From contig JAUSIK010000002.1 in assembly GCA_030648155.1 (NCBI GenBank), positions 17,205 through 81,204 of the forward strand: 64,000 nt of DNA, read 5' to 3'. The notes beneath the pieces were generated by a model. That model was given only the letters and a program-made list of their open reading frames with translations, was not told the origin of the DNA and ran no database searches. Below, one piece after another: positions 20,811-30,776 of this stretch. Each line of letters opens with the position of its first letter. Position 1 is the stretch's first letter. The position numbers and the translations under genes were made by a program. This stretch comes from Nanobdellota archaeon. GTDB lineage: Archaea > Nanobdellota > Nanobdellia > Pacearchaeales > GW2011-AR1.

Positions 20811-21449
20811 TCATACATTATTTCCCCCTTCACTATACTTTCTTAAAACATTTTCCAGTCCAGTTTTCAATTCTTCATTTTTAGATCTATAACCAATTAT
20901 TTCCTTAACATTACATATCCCACCATAATTCTTACTAATTGCCAAGCTTAAACTGTTTTTTCCCATTTCTTTCAATTTTCGAGAAGTGGGAAATTCCCCC
21001 CCATTTTCTCTTATCGCACCCAACATTTCTCTTTTAAAATTCTCAAAATTATTCCAATAATTTTTTTTCCTAAATTTTTTTGGAAAAGGAAATTTCTTCA
21101 ACCACTTTTCTTTTCCCACACCGTCTCCTCTATATTCCATGTTACTTCCCCGGTAATACCAACTCCTTTCATCCTTATCTTCACTTTTAATTAAACTTGT
21201 AACGTTTCTTTCATTATATCCATTTTCAATTCCATATTCATACCATTCCCTAAATGTTAAGCAGAAGCCTACATTTCTAATGGTTTTAATTTGACTTAAT
21301 AAACAAATTTCTGCCATTTTATGATATAAACCAGGGTCTTTTTTTTGTAATTCTCCTCTTGTTATATCCTTGCCATAAAGTTTATTTTTATATTTCAATA
21401 TTTCATCAGGGCTCATGGAAGTTAAAAATCCTCGTGGTCTTTTCATCAT
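20811..21449 (-). CDS. Divergently transcribed member of the repeat-protein family (1 repeat plus tail motif)
   Basis: KNYWNNFENFKREM...EFPTSRKLKEMGKNSLSLAISKNYGGICNVKEIIG. Ends LENVLRKYSEGGNNV. Confidence 0.8.
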   Translation of the reverse strand: MMKRPRGFLTSMSPDEILKYKNKLYGKDITRGELQKKDPGLYHKMAEICLLSQIKTIRNVGFCLTFREWYEYGIENGYNERNVTSLIKSEDKDERSWYYRGSNMEYRGDGVGKEKWLKKFPFPKKFRKKNYWNNFENFKREMLGAIRENGGEFPTSRKLKEMGKNSLSLAISKNYGGICNVKEIIGYRSKNEELKTGLENVLRKYSEGGNNV

Positions 21450-21611
21450 TTTTTCAATTTAATAATGCTTTTAAACATTACTATTTGTAACTAAATAATA
21501 GCAACATAGCAAAGATTTATATATTATTTTACAGCTCAATTTAAATGAAATATACTAGAATTCATACATTTTTAAGTATTATAAAGTGATAGAATTTTAG
21601 AGTCAAGAAAC

Positions 21612-24600
21612 ATGAGAACCACATTCGATGATTTACTTTCCGAAGAAATTAGGAACGGTCAACAGGATTTACGCAAGTATTTGAAAAAAGGTCAATCTTC
21701 CCTTTATCTTACCTTAGAAGATGCAAGAAAAAACGGAGTAGATGAAAAGGTTATTCAAAATGCAGAAGAAAAAGGAATGATCACTGGAGATCTTTATCTT
21801 ACTTATGAAGGAGCTAAGAGAATTTATGACAAACTCAAAGCAGACCTTACACAGAATGAATCGGAAATTATAGATCACTTTGATCATATTAGAGATGCTG
21901 ATCTAATTGCCAATTATATTTTCTGTGTTCATCCAGAAGTTAGAGAAAGAGTAGGAAACACGGATGGACTTTACAAAGTAGTTCTAAATGTTGGGACAAA
22001 GAAAAAGAGAATACAACCAGTTAGAGAAAAATCAGAGAAAGAAGATAGTGGGGGTTTATCTTCTCATTTAGAAGAATTAATCGGAAATATACCTCGTGAA
22101 GAATATAAAGGAGATAAGGAATATCAAAGAAGATTAAGGATTCTTTTAGTAAAGAAAGCAGAAAGAGATATCTTTCCACAATTTAAGGAAAATAGAGAAA
22201 AAGCGTTTGATTTTGTAAGGAAGAAAATAAAAGAGGAAAAAAACAAAAATATAAAAGATATCTATCAAGAAATTCAAAAGACCTATAAAGCCTATGATAA
22301 TATAAGGGTTTTGGGGGTAAATGAGGAATTTCGTGATCCAGAAACAGGGGAAAAAGGAGTTTTGCCATCACTCCACCAGAATATAGCTATCTATCATCTT
22401 TTAAAAGAGAAAAAATTCGGTGTCTTTGATGGTTGCGGTACAGGAAAAACCGCAATAGCCACGCTAGCACAACCCCTCATTCAAGAAGCAATGGAAGAAG
22501 ATGGGAGAGAGTTCAAAAGAACAGTAATAGTATGTCCAAATAATGGAAAAAAAGCTTGGAAAAAAGGATTTCTAGGAAATATTGATCAGCGGTATTTAGA
22601 TTTGGATAGAGTTAAAGAAGAGGATGTTATTGTAATCAATGGTGGAAGAAAAGATGAGTCTTTTCTAAAAGAATTAGAAGATAAAAAGTGGATTGTAGTT
22701 AATTATGAACAGTTAATAACAAGAACGGATGATGGTAGACTATTCGTTGATGCACTAATCGATTTGGGAGTTGATTATTCTATATTTGATGAAGCACATC
22801 ATATCAAAAGTCAAAGAACCTTAACAAAGTCAGGAAAACCTACGTGCAGTGCAGCTGCACAAAAACTTGCGCATTCTTCTGAATATCTATGTCTCTTAAC
22901 TGGTTCACCTATTTCTAATAATATGGATGATTTTGCAGTTTTATATCACGTCCTAAATCCAAATCACTGCCCCGAACCCAAAAAATTTATAGAACTCTAT
23001 GAAGAAAATCCCCGTATTTTGTATACCTTCTTCAATGAAAAAAGTATTAGAAGAACATCACAAGATATTAACAAAAATCTAAAAATTGACGAAAAAAATG
23101 TAGATCTTTCTATTGACCCTATTCAAAGGCAGATTTATGAGCATATTGTTGAATTTAGAGCGAAAGATTGGTTGATGCAAGCAAGAAAAGCACTTTTAGA
23201 TCCTCGTCTAGTAGACCCATCTATACTCCAGAGTCTGGGCGTGCTTGGAAAGTTAAATTTTGATAATTCAGTTAAATATAAAAAACTTGAAGAACTTTTA
23301 GGTGAGGAAAAAGGCCCAATATCTAAAAAAGAAAATTTTATCATATATTCCAGTATCTTTAGAGAAGGCGTTACTCAAAAAGGGCATGAAAAAATAAGAG
23401 AAAAATATGCGCGAATGGGCTTGACAAAAGAATATCAACGCTTACAGCTAGATCATCCACTTAATGAAGTCCTCGAAGAAAGACTTTCCAAAAAATTCAA
23501 AAGACATGTAAAAATTGGGGTAATTGATGGTACAATTATAGATATTGAAGAAAGAGAAAAGATAGTTGATCGTCTTGGAAAAGATTTAGATGGAATAATC
23601 TGTACGACTGAAACAGGAGGAGAAAGTCTTGATTTTACCCAAGCTAACTGGGCATATTTTGTAGATAAAGATTACAACCCTAAAACTGAAGAACAAGCTG
23701 TGGCACGTATTGCTCGTAAGGGTCAACATAAGAAGGTAAATATTTCCCATTTAATGATTCTTGGTACTCTTGAAGAACAGCTTGAAAATTATGTAGAGAA
23801 AAAGATTATAATTAATAGAACAGCAATGGATGGACATCCTTTAACCCAACCAGAAATTGAAATTCTTGAAGATACTGAAGGAAAAAAATTTGTAGAGCTA
23901 ATCAGAAAGGGCCTTGGAGGGAAATCTATAAACACGTTTGAAGTTGAAGCTAAAGATTTAGGTGATTTCGAGTTAAATAAACGCAGATATATATCAAGAA
24001 AAAGTTCTGCTTTTTATGTTCCTGGAGATGAAACTACAGATGCCCAAGTATTGATGCAATGGATTGGAAGAGATCCGATTGGATGTTGGAAGGATCCTAC
24101 TTTTGTTGATCTATATATGAAAACCTTGCCAAACTTATCAGTGCCTGTAGTTCACCGTGCAAAAATATTAGATCTAGCATCAAGAGCATTAAATGGAAGC
24201 ATTCAGTTTCCAAAAACCATTATTTCTGAAGGATCAGGTCCGTCTTTGCTTTATAGTAATTATCAAAATTTAGGGCCACTATTGGAATCGTTTGGTTTGA
24301 ATATACCAACAATTTTTGATAGAGATACTTCTGCCTTAATGCTGAAACAAGGAAAAAACAATAATAAAATATTGGGAGATATGACAGGGAAAAATAGTAA
24401 GGTTCCGACTAGTTCTTTCCAAATGGTAGACAATGCTTCAATATCTTTATTAAAAAATACCTCGGAAGTTAAAGAATCTCTTTTAGAAGCTCATCGTATC
24501 TTAAAACCTAATGGATTAATTGGATTGACAGTTGAAGGTAAAAAGTTCTTTGATGGTTCTCTTAAAGGAAAAGACTTTTATACTGGTTTAGAAGGGCTAG

Positions 24601-24905
24601 GTTTTGAATTGATCACAGACAAAAATGTAGGTTTTAATATTGGAAGAGGACTTTTCCAAAGGATCAAACAAGAGAAAGGAGAACATTATGCAGAATCATA
24701 TGCAAGAAAACTTTCCCAAACCTATTACATTTTAGCGAGAAAAAAAGATGATTTTGCTGAAGTAAATGCGGAAAATTTTTGGTTTGAAACTCTTGCTCCA
24801 GAAGAAAATGGCGATCAAGTTCGAGATCCTTCTGAAACCAGAAGTATTATCAAAGTAAGATCAAGAGCAAGAAGAAAAGGAGGAAGAGCTAAAAAGGTAG
24901 TTTAA
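21612..24905 (+). CDS. SNF2-family (SF2) helicase/ATPase fused to a C-terminal class I SAM-dependent methyltransferase-like domain
   Basis: Helicase motifs DGCGTGKT, VIVCP, NYEQL, FDEAHHIK, LLTGSPISN, TGGESLDF and YNPKTEEQAVARIARKGQ. C-terminal SEGSGPS...DTSALML...GDMT...SFQMV...LLEAHRILKPNGLI. Confidence 0.88.
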   Translation: MRTTFDDLLSEEIRNGQQDLRKYLKKGQSSLYLTLEDARKNGVDEKVIQNAEEKGMITGDLYLTYEGAKRIYDKLKADLTQNESEIIDHFDHIRDADLIANYIFCVHPEVRERVGNTDGLYKVVLNVGTKKKRIQPVREKSEKEDSGGLSSHLEELIGNIPREEYKGDKEYQRRLRILLVKKAERDIFPQFKENREKAFDFVRKKIKEEKNKNIKDIYQEIQKTYKAYDNIRVLGVNEEFRDPETGEKGVLPSLHQNIAIYHLLKEKKFGVFDGCGTGKTAIATLAQPLIQEAMEEDGREFKRTVIVCPNNGKKAWKKGFLGNIDQRYLDLDRVKEEDVIVINGGRKDESFLKELEDKKWIVVNYEQLITRTDDGRLFVDALIDLGVDYSIFDEAHHIKSQRTLTKSGKPTCSAAAQKLAHSSEYLCLLTGSPISNNMDDFAVLYHVLNPNHCPEPKKFIELYEENPRILYTFFNEKSIRRTSQDINKNLKIDEKNVDLSIDPIQRQIYEHIVEFRAKDWLMQARKALLDPRLVDPSILQSLGVLGKLNFDNSVKYKKLEELLGEEKGPISKKENFIIYSSIFREGVTQKGHEKIREKYARMGLTKEYQRLQLDHPLNEVLEERLSKKFKRHVKIGVIDGTIIDIEEREKIVDRLGKDLDGIICTTETGGESLDFTQANWAYFVDKDYNPKTEEQAVARIARKGQHKKVNISHLMILGTLEEQLENYVEKKIIINRTAMDGHPLTQPEIEILEDTEGKKFVELIRKGLGGKSINTFEVEAKDLGDFELNKRRYISRKSSAFYVPGDETTDAQVLMQWIGRDPIGCWKDPTFVDLYMKTLPNLSVPVVHRAKILDLASRALNGSIQFPKTIISEGSGPSLLYSNYQNLGPLLESFGLNIPTIFDRDTSALMLKQGKNNNKILGDMTGKNSKVPTSSFQMVDNASISLLKNTSEVKESLLEAHRILKPNGLIGLTVEGKKFFDGSLKGKDFYTGLEGLGFELITDKNVGFNIGRGLFQRIKQEKGEHYAESYARKLSQTYYILARKKDDFAEVNAENFWFETLAPEENGDQVRDPSETRSIIKVRSRARRKGGRAKKVV

Positions 24906-24910
24906 ACAAA

Positions 24911-25582
24911 ATGAAAAACAAACCAAGAGGATATTGGCAAGATATTAATAATGTATTTTCAGAGACACAAAAATTTTTAGAAAAACATCCGGAATATGAA
25001 ACAATTCCAGGCCATGATGCCCTTATTAAATTAGGATATAGCAATTTGAGTCATGCAATTAATAGATATCACGGAGGTTTCTACAAGTTCAGAGTCAGAA
25101 TAGGAGGTAAAGCAAGATATAATTATGGTAGTTGGAAAAATTTAGAATTCACATTAAATGAAGCGAAAAGATGTATTCAAGAATTGGAAGTTTCCACGCT
25201 TCCAAATAGTTTAGAATTATTAAAACTTGGATACTCTCACTTAGCACACAGTATTCAAAGATATCACGGCGGTATTAGAAATATAAGGGAAAAATTAGGA
25301 GAAAGTCAAAAAATAAGAAAACATGGATTATGGAAAGACATTGAATATACTATTCAAGAAACAATATCTTTCTTTAGCAAACACCCAGAGTTTACTACTC
25401 TTCCATCTGCCGATAAGCTAAAAAGTCTTGGACATGGATACTTGGCCTCGGCAATTTGTCGTAATCATGGAGGTATGGACAAATTTAGGAATATACTCTC
25501 ACAACATCAAGGTGTTCTAACTCAAAAAGAAAGATTAGAAAATTTATTACAAAATTATGTTGGGAAAGAAAATGAAGAATAA
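24911..25582 (+). CDS. Tandem helical-repeat protein A (3 repeats), putative nucleic-acid binding
   Basis: 3 x GxW...P...L.xLG...L...I.R.HGG...R. Tail LENLLQNYVG. Confidence 0.85.
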   Translation: MKNKPRGYWQDINNVFSETQKFLEKHPEYETIPGHDALIKLGYSNLSHAINRYHGGFYKFRVRIGGKARYNYGSWKNLEFTLNEAKRCIQELEVSTLPNSLELLKLGYSHLAHSIQRYHGGIRNIREKLGESQKIRKHGLWKDIEYTIQETISFFSKHPEFTTLPSADKLKSLGHGYLASAICRNHGGMDKFRNILSQHQGVLTQKERLENLLQNYVGKENEE

Positions 25583-27269
25583 AACTCAATCCATAAATCT
25601 CGAAAAAATTTTACAGGCATATGCTAATGGCACTACTCCAGATGGTCTTGAAATAGATAATACCATAAGAAAACCCATGGGCTATTGGAGAGATTTTCAA
25701 CATGTAAAAACTACCTTAGAAGAGCTAGAAAAAATATTAGGGCATTTCCCAAATCAGCGAGAGATGTCTGAAAAAGGGTATACAAGTTTACCTAGTGCAT
25801 TAAATAAGTATCATGGGGGACTTAATAAGGTAGCAGAAAGCTTGGGAAAATTAACACAACAACGAGCGAGAGGGTATTGGAAACCGAGTTTAGTAAAAAG
25901 TCTCTGTCAAAATTTCGCTGAAGAATATGGTCATTTTCCTTCCAATAAAGAGCTTCATAATAGAGATGATAAATATAAGGGACTGATGTCCGGAATCAAT
26001 AAATATGGAGGAATAGGGAGGATAAAGCGACTTCTTAAAATAGAGCCTGGTAAAAAACCAAATGATTATTGGAGTGAAGCCAGAGTTTTAACTGAAGCAA
26101 GGAAAATTGTTAGGAAGCTTGGAACTTTACCAACGCAAAAACAGCTCATAAATTTAGGATATAGTAATTTCGTAGGCGCTGTTGCAAATTACTCCAGTTT
26201 TATAGAAATTCGGAGGACATTGGGACTAGAACTTAATAAAGTTGAAGATGGATATTGGACAGAGAAAAAAATACTTTCAGAGTGCAAAAAACTTGTCGAA
26301 AGATTAGGTGATTTACCTACAAAAGACGGTCTCCAGGATTTAAAACTCGGTGCACTTGCAGGTCAAATTGAGAAGCAGGGAGGATATCCTTATTTTCGAG
26401 AAAAATTAGGATTAACATTAAGGAAGAGACAAAATCGTTATTGGAGTAAAGATAACACCTATGCAAAGGCCCGTGAACTTTATGAAAAGTTTGGAACATT
26501 ACCTTCGTGGAATAAATTAGAAGAAATGCAATTAGGGACTTTACCGAATGCTGCAAGGGAACATTTTGGAGGGTTAGTTAAATTAAGAAATCTTCTTCAA
26601 GAAGAATTTGGAGATGTTCAAGAAGATCCATTAAAAGATATGAAATATTTGCAGGAGGAAATAAAAAAAGTTCAAGAGAAACATAAACTCAAAAAATTTC
26701 CAGGATATCAAACTCTCAATAGACTTGGATATAGTCAAATTATTTCTGCAATCAAACGCTATCACGGTGGTTCTAACAATGTTCGAGAAGGAGCAGGAGA
26801 AAAAGCAGTATCTCCTAACGGAACCTGGCAAGATCCAAAATTCGTTTTGAGCGAGGCTAAAAAATTAATGAAGAAACATGGTTGGAAATCTTGGCCTGCT
26901 GAGGGAATTCTTAGAAAATATAAGTATACTATGATACCAAATGCTATTCGAGCATGTTATGGAAGTATCGCTCAGTTTAGAGTGGAATTAGGAGAAGAAC
27001 CTCTGAGAACAGTTCCAGGAAAATGGAAAGACTTGGAATACACTTTAACAGAAGCAAGAAAAGCAATGGAAGAGATAGGATACACAGAACTTCCTCCACA
27101 AAAAGTTCTTGCAAATCATGGGTATCAAGGATTATCTGCAGCGATTTCCATTTATTATGGCGGGTTTCCAGCTTTCCGTGATATACTCAATCAACATTTA
27201 GGTAATGCAACAAAGAAAGTACAGCTTGAAGGTTTGTTAAGGGACTATGTAAGGAGGAAAAATGCTTAA
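25572..27269 (+). CDS. Tandem helical-repeat protein B (8 repeats)
   Basis: The ATG at 25572 overlaps the end of A. N-terminal LEKILQAY, 8 repeats, tail LEGLLRDYV. Confidence 0.85.
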   Translation: MKNKTQSINLEKILQAYANGTTPDGLEIDNTIRKPMGYWRDFQHVKTTLEELEKILGHFPNQREMSEKGYTSLPSALNKYHGGLNKVAESLGKLTQQRARGYWKPSLVKSLCQNFAEEYGHFPSNKELHNRDDKYKGLMSGINKYGGIGRIKRLLKIEPGKKPNDYWSEARVLTEARKIVRKLGTLPTQKQLINLGYSNFVGAVANYSSFIEIRRTLGLELNKVEDGYWTEKKILSECKKLVERLGDLPTKDGLQDLKLGALAGQIEKQGGYPYFREKLGLTLRKRQNRYWSKDNTYAKARELYEKFGTLPSWNKLEEMQLGTLPNAAREHFGGLVKLRNLLQEEFGDVQEDPLKDMKYLQEEIKKVQEKHKLKKFPGYQTLNRLGYSQIISAIKRYHGGSNNVREGAGEKAVSPNGTWQDPKFVLSEAKKLMKKHGWKSWPAEGILRKYKYTMIPNAIRACYGSIAQFRVELGEEPLRTVPGKWKDLEYTLTEARKAMEEIGYTELPPQKVLANHGYQGLSAAISIYYGGFPAFRDILNQHLGNATKKVQLEGLLRDYVRRKNA

Positions 27270-28407
27270 ACAAAAACTAAGGCTTGAAAAACTTTTAACT
27301 TCCTATGTAGATGGAACTTCTTTTGATACTGAAGAATTTTGGAGAAGACCTAGGGGATATTGGCAAAACGAAAAAAATGTAATTCAAGAAGCTAAGAGAA
27401 TTATGAAAGATCTAAAAGTGAAAAATCTTCCTTCTTTTATAGAGCTTTCTCGTTTAGGTTTTAGAGGCCTTGCTAATGCAATTCAAAGATATTACGGCTT
27501 TACCAATTTTAGAATGAGATTAGGTGAAAAAAGTCAAAGATGTGAATGGGGGCTTTGGAAAGATGAAAATTATGCCGTACAGCAGGCACTCGATTTTATG
27601 AAAAAAAATAAATTTAATATTCTACCCAGTGGCCAGGTGCTTTGTAGATATGGTAGGTCTGACCTTTCTAGTGTCATATCAAAATATCACGGAGGCTTTT
27701 ATAAGTTTAGAGCAAAATTAGGTGAACCTAAAAAAATAAGAGAGATGGGTGTATGGAAGAGTTTAAAATATACTAAAGATCAAGCTCGCGAGATTCTTCA
27801 GAAACATCAACTGAAAAAATTACCAGGAGGATCCCAACTTAACGAAATGGGATATTCAAGTTTCGTTGTTTCAGTAAATAAATATCACGGAGGTCTTCCA
27901 AGAATAAGGAGATTGTTAGGAGAGAAACCAGAACATAGTTATGGGATAATGAAGAATATTGAATATTGTCTAAAGCAAGCAAGGCGATTGATACAAAAAG
28001 AAGGTTTGAAGAGGTTACCTAGTCGAAAAGGGCTTGCCAAGCTAGGATATTCTTCTCTATCCTCGGCGATTTCTCTCTACCATGGTGGTTTCTTTAATTT
28101 CAGGAAACTTTTAGGAGAAGATCCAATAGTGGAAGCTCGCGATTCATGGAAGAGTTTGGAGTTTACTTTAGAAAAAGCAAAGGAGTTTTTAGAGGAAAAT
28201 CTAGAATATGAAACGCTTCCAGGGGATTGGACTCTACGCAGCCTTGGATATAATTCATTAAGGCAGTCCATACATAAATATCATGGTGGATTTAATGTTT
28301 TCAGAAAAAGATTTAATAGATATGTAAGATTACAACCTCTATCAAAGAAAGGAGAACATCTCACTTCATTATTGGAAGATTATGTAGAAGGAGAAAATGA
28401 AGAATAA
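27262..28407 (+). CDS. Tandem helical-repeat protein C (5 repeats)
   Basis: N-terminal LEKLLTSYV, 5 repeats, tail LTSLLEDYVEG. Confidence 0.85.
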   Translation: MLKQKLRLEKLLTSYVDGTSFDTEEFWRRPRGYWQNEKNVIQEAKRIMKDLKVKNLPSFIELSRLGFRGLANAIQRYYGFTNFRMRLGEKSQRCEWGLWKDENYAVQQALDFMKKNKFNILPSGQVLCRYGRSDLSSVISKYHGGFYKFRAKLGEPKKIREMGVWKSLKYTKDQAREILQKHQLKKLPGGSQLNEMGYSSFVVSVNKYHGGLPRIRRLLGEKPEHSYGIMKNIEYCLKQARRLIQKEGLKRLPSRKGLAKLGYSSLSSAISLYHGGFFNFRKLLGEDPIVEARDSWKSLEFTLEKAKEFLEENLEYETLPGDWTLRSLGYNSLRQSIHKYHGGFNVFRKRFNRYVRLQPLSKKGEHLTSLLEDYVEGENEE

Positions 28408-29461
28408 AAGACCTTTTGGATATTGGAAAAATCGAGAAAATATAATTAAGGAGCTGAAAAGAGTTATAAGAAAGATTAATCATTTTCCAAGTGGCCATAA
28501 TTTAAGAAAATTAGGAGAATACGCCCTTGTCCAAGGTCTTAGGAAATATCATAATGAAAGTCTAAACTATTTCAGGGTAGAAATGGGGTATGAAACTGTC
28601 GAGATGAAACCATCTGGCTATTGGAAAAGTCTAGACAATGCTTTATACGAAACTAGAAAGTTCATGAGAAGATACAATTATAAAACTCTGCCCAATCAAG
28701 AAGAACTTAAAAATTTAGGATTTTCAAGCCTTGTAAATTCAATTCATCAATATCACGGAGGGTTCAGAAAGTTTAGAAAAGAGATGGGCCAACCTTCTGA
28801 TATAAAACCTAAAGGATATTGGAATAATTGGAAAAATGCAGAGAAAGTCTTAAAAAGATTAATTAGAGAAACAGGAAATTTTCCAACACAAAAAGTGTTA
28901 CAAAATCTCAAATATAGCTCCTTAGCAAATGCCATTACTAACGTTCATGGTGGCACTAATAATGTTAGAAAAAGACTTGGTTATGAAGTTGTTAAAAGAA
29001 ATAATGGGGTACTAAAGAATATTGATGTTGTAAAAAAAGAAATATATAGGATAATAAAAGAACATCCCGAGCTTAGAGGAAATTTTCCAACTACAAATTG
29101 GATGAAGGACAATGGTCAAGGATCATTATACATTGCTATCCAAAAATATCACGGAGGCTATAAGAATTTTCTTGAATTAATGGGCTTCGAACAGAAACAA
29201 GTTGAGAGCGGGAAATGGAAAGATTTGGAATTTACTATTAAAAGATATATTAAGATTATGAATGAACATAAGTTTACCGATTTTCCAGGAGCTTTTACGC
29301 TCAATAAAATAGGAGAATCTTCCCTTGGAGCGGCGATTTGTAAATATCACGGAGGTTTTCCAGTATTTCGTGATATACTCAATCAACATTTAGGTAATGC
29401 AACAAAGAAAGTACAGCTTGAAGGTTTGTTAAATAGTTATGTAGGGGGAAAAAATGATTAA
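28397..29461 (+). CDS. Tandem helical-repeat protein D (5 repeats)
   Basis: 5 repeats. Tail FRDILNQHLGNATKKVQLEGLL is identical to protein B. Confidence 0.85.
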   Translation: MKNKRPFGYWKNRENIIKELKRVIRKINHFPSGHNLRKLGEYALVQGLRKYHNESLNYFRVEMGYETVEMKPSGYWKSLDNALYETRKFMRRYNYKTLPNQEELKNLGFSSLVNSIHQYHGGFRKFRKEMGQPSDIKPKGYWNNWKNAEKVLKRLIRETGNFPTQKVLQNLKYSSLANAITNVHGGTNNVRKRLGYEVVKRNNGVLKNIDVVKKEIYRIIKEHPELRGNFPTTNWMKDNGQGSLYIAIQKYHGGYKNFLELMGFEQKQVESGKWKDLEFTIKRYIKIMNEHKFTDFPGAFTLNKIGESSLGAAICKYHGGFPVFRDILNQHLGNATKKVQLEGLLNSYVGGKND

Positions 29462-30731
29462 ATATAAAAAGAGGCCAAATGGTTACTGGAAAAAAGAAAA
29501 AAATGCAATCCAAGAAGCCAAGAAAATTATGAGAAAATTAAAAGTAAGAAGGCTTCCTTCCCAAACAGAACTTAATAACTTAGGTTTTTCATATTTTGTC
29601 GCTGCTGTTTCTCAGCATCACGGAGGTTTTACTGATTTTAGGATAAAATTAGGCCAAAAACCAAAGAGAAATAAATATGGGCTTTGGAAAGATGAGAACT
29701 ATACCTTAACACAAGCACGATCTTTTCTAGAAGATCATGAACTTAATAGCTTACCTAGCCAACAGGAGTTAGGTAGGTATGGAAGATCAGATCTCTCTAC
29801 AGCAATTGCTCTCTATCACGGAGGCTTTAGAAGATTTAGGGCAAAGCTCGGCCAATCTCAAAGACAAAAAGAACATGGTGTATGGAAGAGTTTGAAATAT
29901 ACTAAAGATCAGGCTCGCGAGATTCTTCAGAAACATCAACTGAAAAAATTACCAGGAGGATCTCAACTTAGCGAAATGGGATACTCTAGTTTCGTTGTTT
30001 CAGTAAATAAATACCATGGAGGTCTTCCAAGAATAAGGCGTCTCTTAGGCGAAAAATCAGGACGTAATGCCCCTGGAACATGGAGAAACATAAAATATTG
30101 TTTACAACAAGCTAGAAGGTTAACAAGAAAACATAATTTAGAAAAACTACCATGTCATGAGGATCTTACGATGTTAGGATATCCCAGTCTTGCAGGAGCA
30201 ATTGAAAAATATCACGGAGGATATCATGTTTTTAGGAGTCTTTTAGGGGAAGAAGAAAATAGAAGGAAAACTGGACTTTTAGAAGATAGAGATTATGTTA
30301 TACAACAACTTAAAAAATTAATGAAAGAACATGGGATAGGCACTATACCTAGTGCATATCAACTCCGAAAATGGGGCCATACCAGTCTAGCAGCAGCAGT
30401 ACATAATCACCATGGAGGTTTTAATGCTTTAAGAGAGTCTCTAGGAGAAAGACCAAGAAAAGAAGCTGATGGTGCTTGGAAAAGTTTAGACTTTACTTTG
30501 GAAAAAGCAAAAGAATTTTTACAAGAACATTCAGTATATGGGACACTTCCAGGTGGCTGGACCCTACATCGACTTGGTTATAATAGTTTAATTAGAGCTA
30601 TCCAAAAATATCACGGAGGATTCAATTATTTTAGAGAAAAATTTAATGAATATATGGGAATTAAATCTCAATCAAGAAGAGAACACCTCACTTCATTATT
30701 GGAAGATTATATTGGTGAAGAAAATAATTAA
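29454..30731 (+). CDS. Tandem helical-repeat protein E (6 repeats), collinear paralogue of C
   Basis: 6 repeats. Repeat 3 is almost identical to repeat 3 of C. Tail EHLTSLLEDY as in C. Confidence 0.85.
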   Translation: MIKYKKRPNGYWKKEKNAIQEAKKIMRKLKVRRLPSQTELNNLGFSYFVAAVSQHHGGFTDFRIKLGQKPKRNKYGLWKDENYTLTQARSFLEDHELNSLPSQQELGRYGRSDLSTAIALYHGGFRRFRAKLGQSQRQKEHGVWKSLKYTKDQAREILQKHQLKKLPGGSQLSEMGYSSFVVSVNKYHGGLPRIRRLLGEKSGRNAPGTWRNIKYCLQQARRLTRKHNLEKLPCHEDLTMLGYPSLAGAIEKYHGGYHVFRSLLGEEENRRKTGLLEDRDYVIQQLKKLMKEHGIGTIPSAYQLRKWGHTSLAAAVHNHHGGFNALRESLGERPRKEADGAWKSLDFTLEKAKEFLQEHSVYGTLPGGWTLHRLGYNSLIRAIQKYHGGFNYFREKFNEYMGIKSQSRREHLTSLLEDYIGEENN

Positions 30732-30776
30732 AACACGGGTAAGTAACCATATTAAAAAATATTATTCAAATACAGA

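Noticed and set aside
21545..21589. 14-codon upstream ORF before the helicase, behind a TATA-like box
   Set aside because: It is too short to support, and another TATA-like sequence at ~21578-21586 could serve the helicase directly.
21612..24905. Calling the locus a type I/III restriction-modification, DISARM or BREX system
   Set aside because: No DPPY/NPPY or PC methyltransferase motif, no recognisable nuclease, and no PglZ, DrmA/B or HsdS-like partner is visible.
24911..30731. CRISPR array or other nucleotide-level repeat array (recurring TATCACGGAGG / CATGGTGG)
   Set aside because: The recurrences are the YHGG codons of protein repeats about 200 bp apart, inside open frames with synonymous variation. 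There are no fixed repeat-spacer units and no cas genes.
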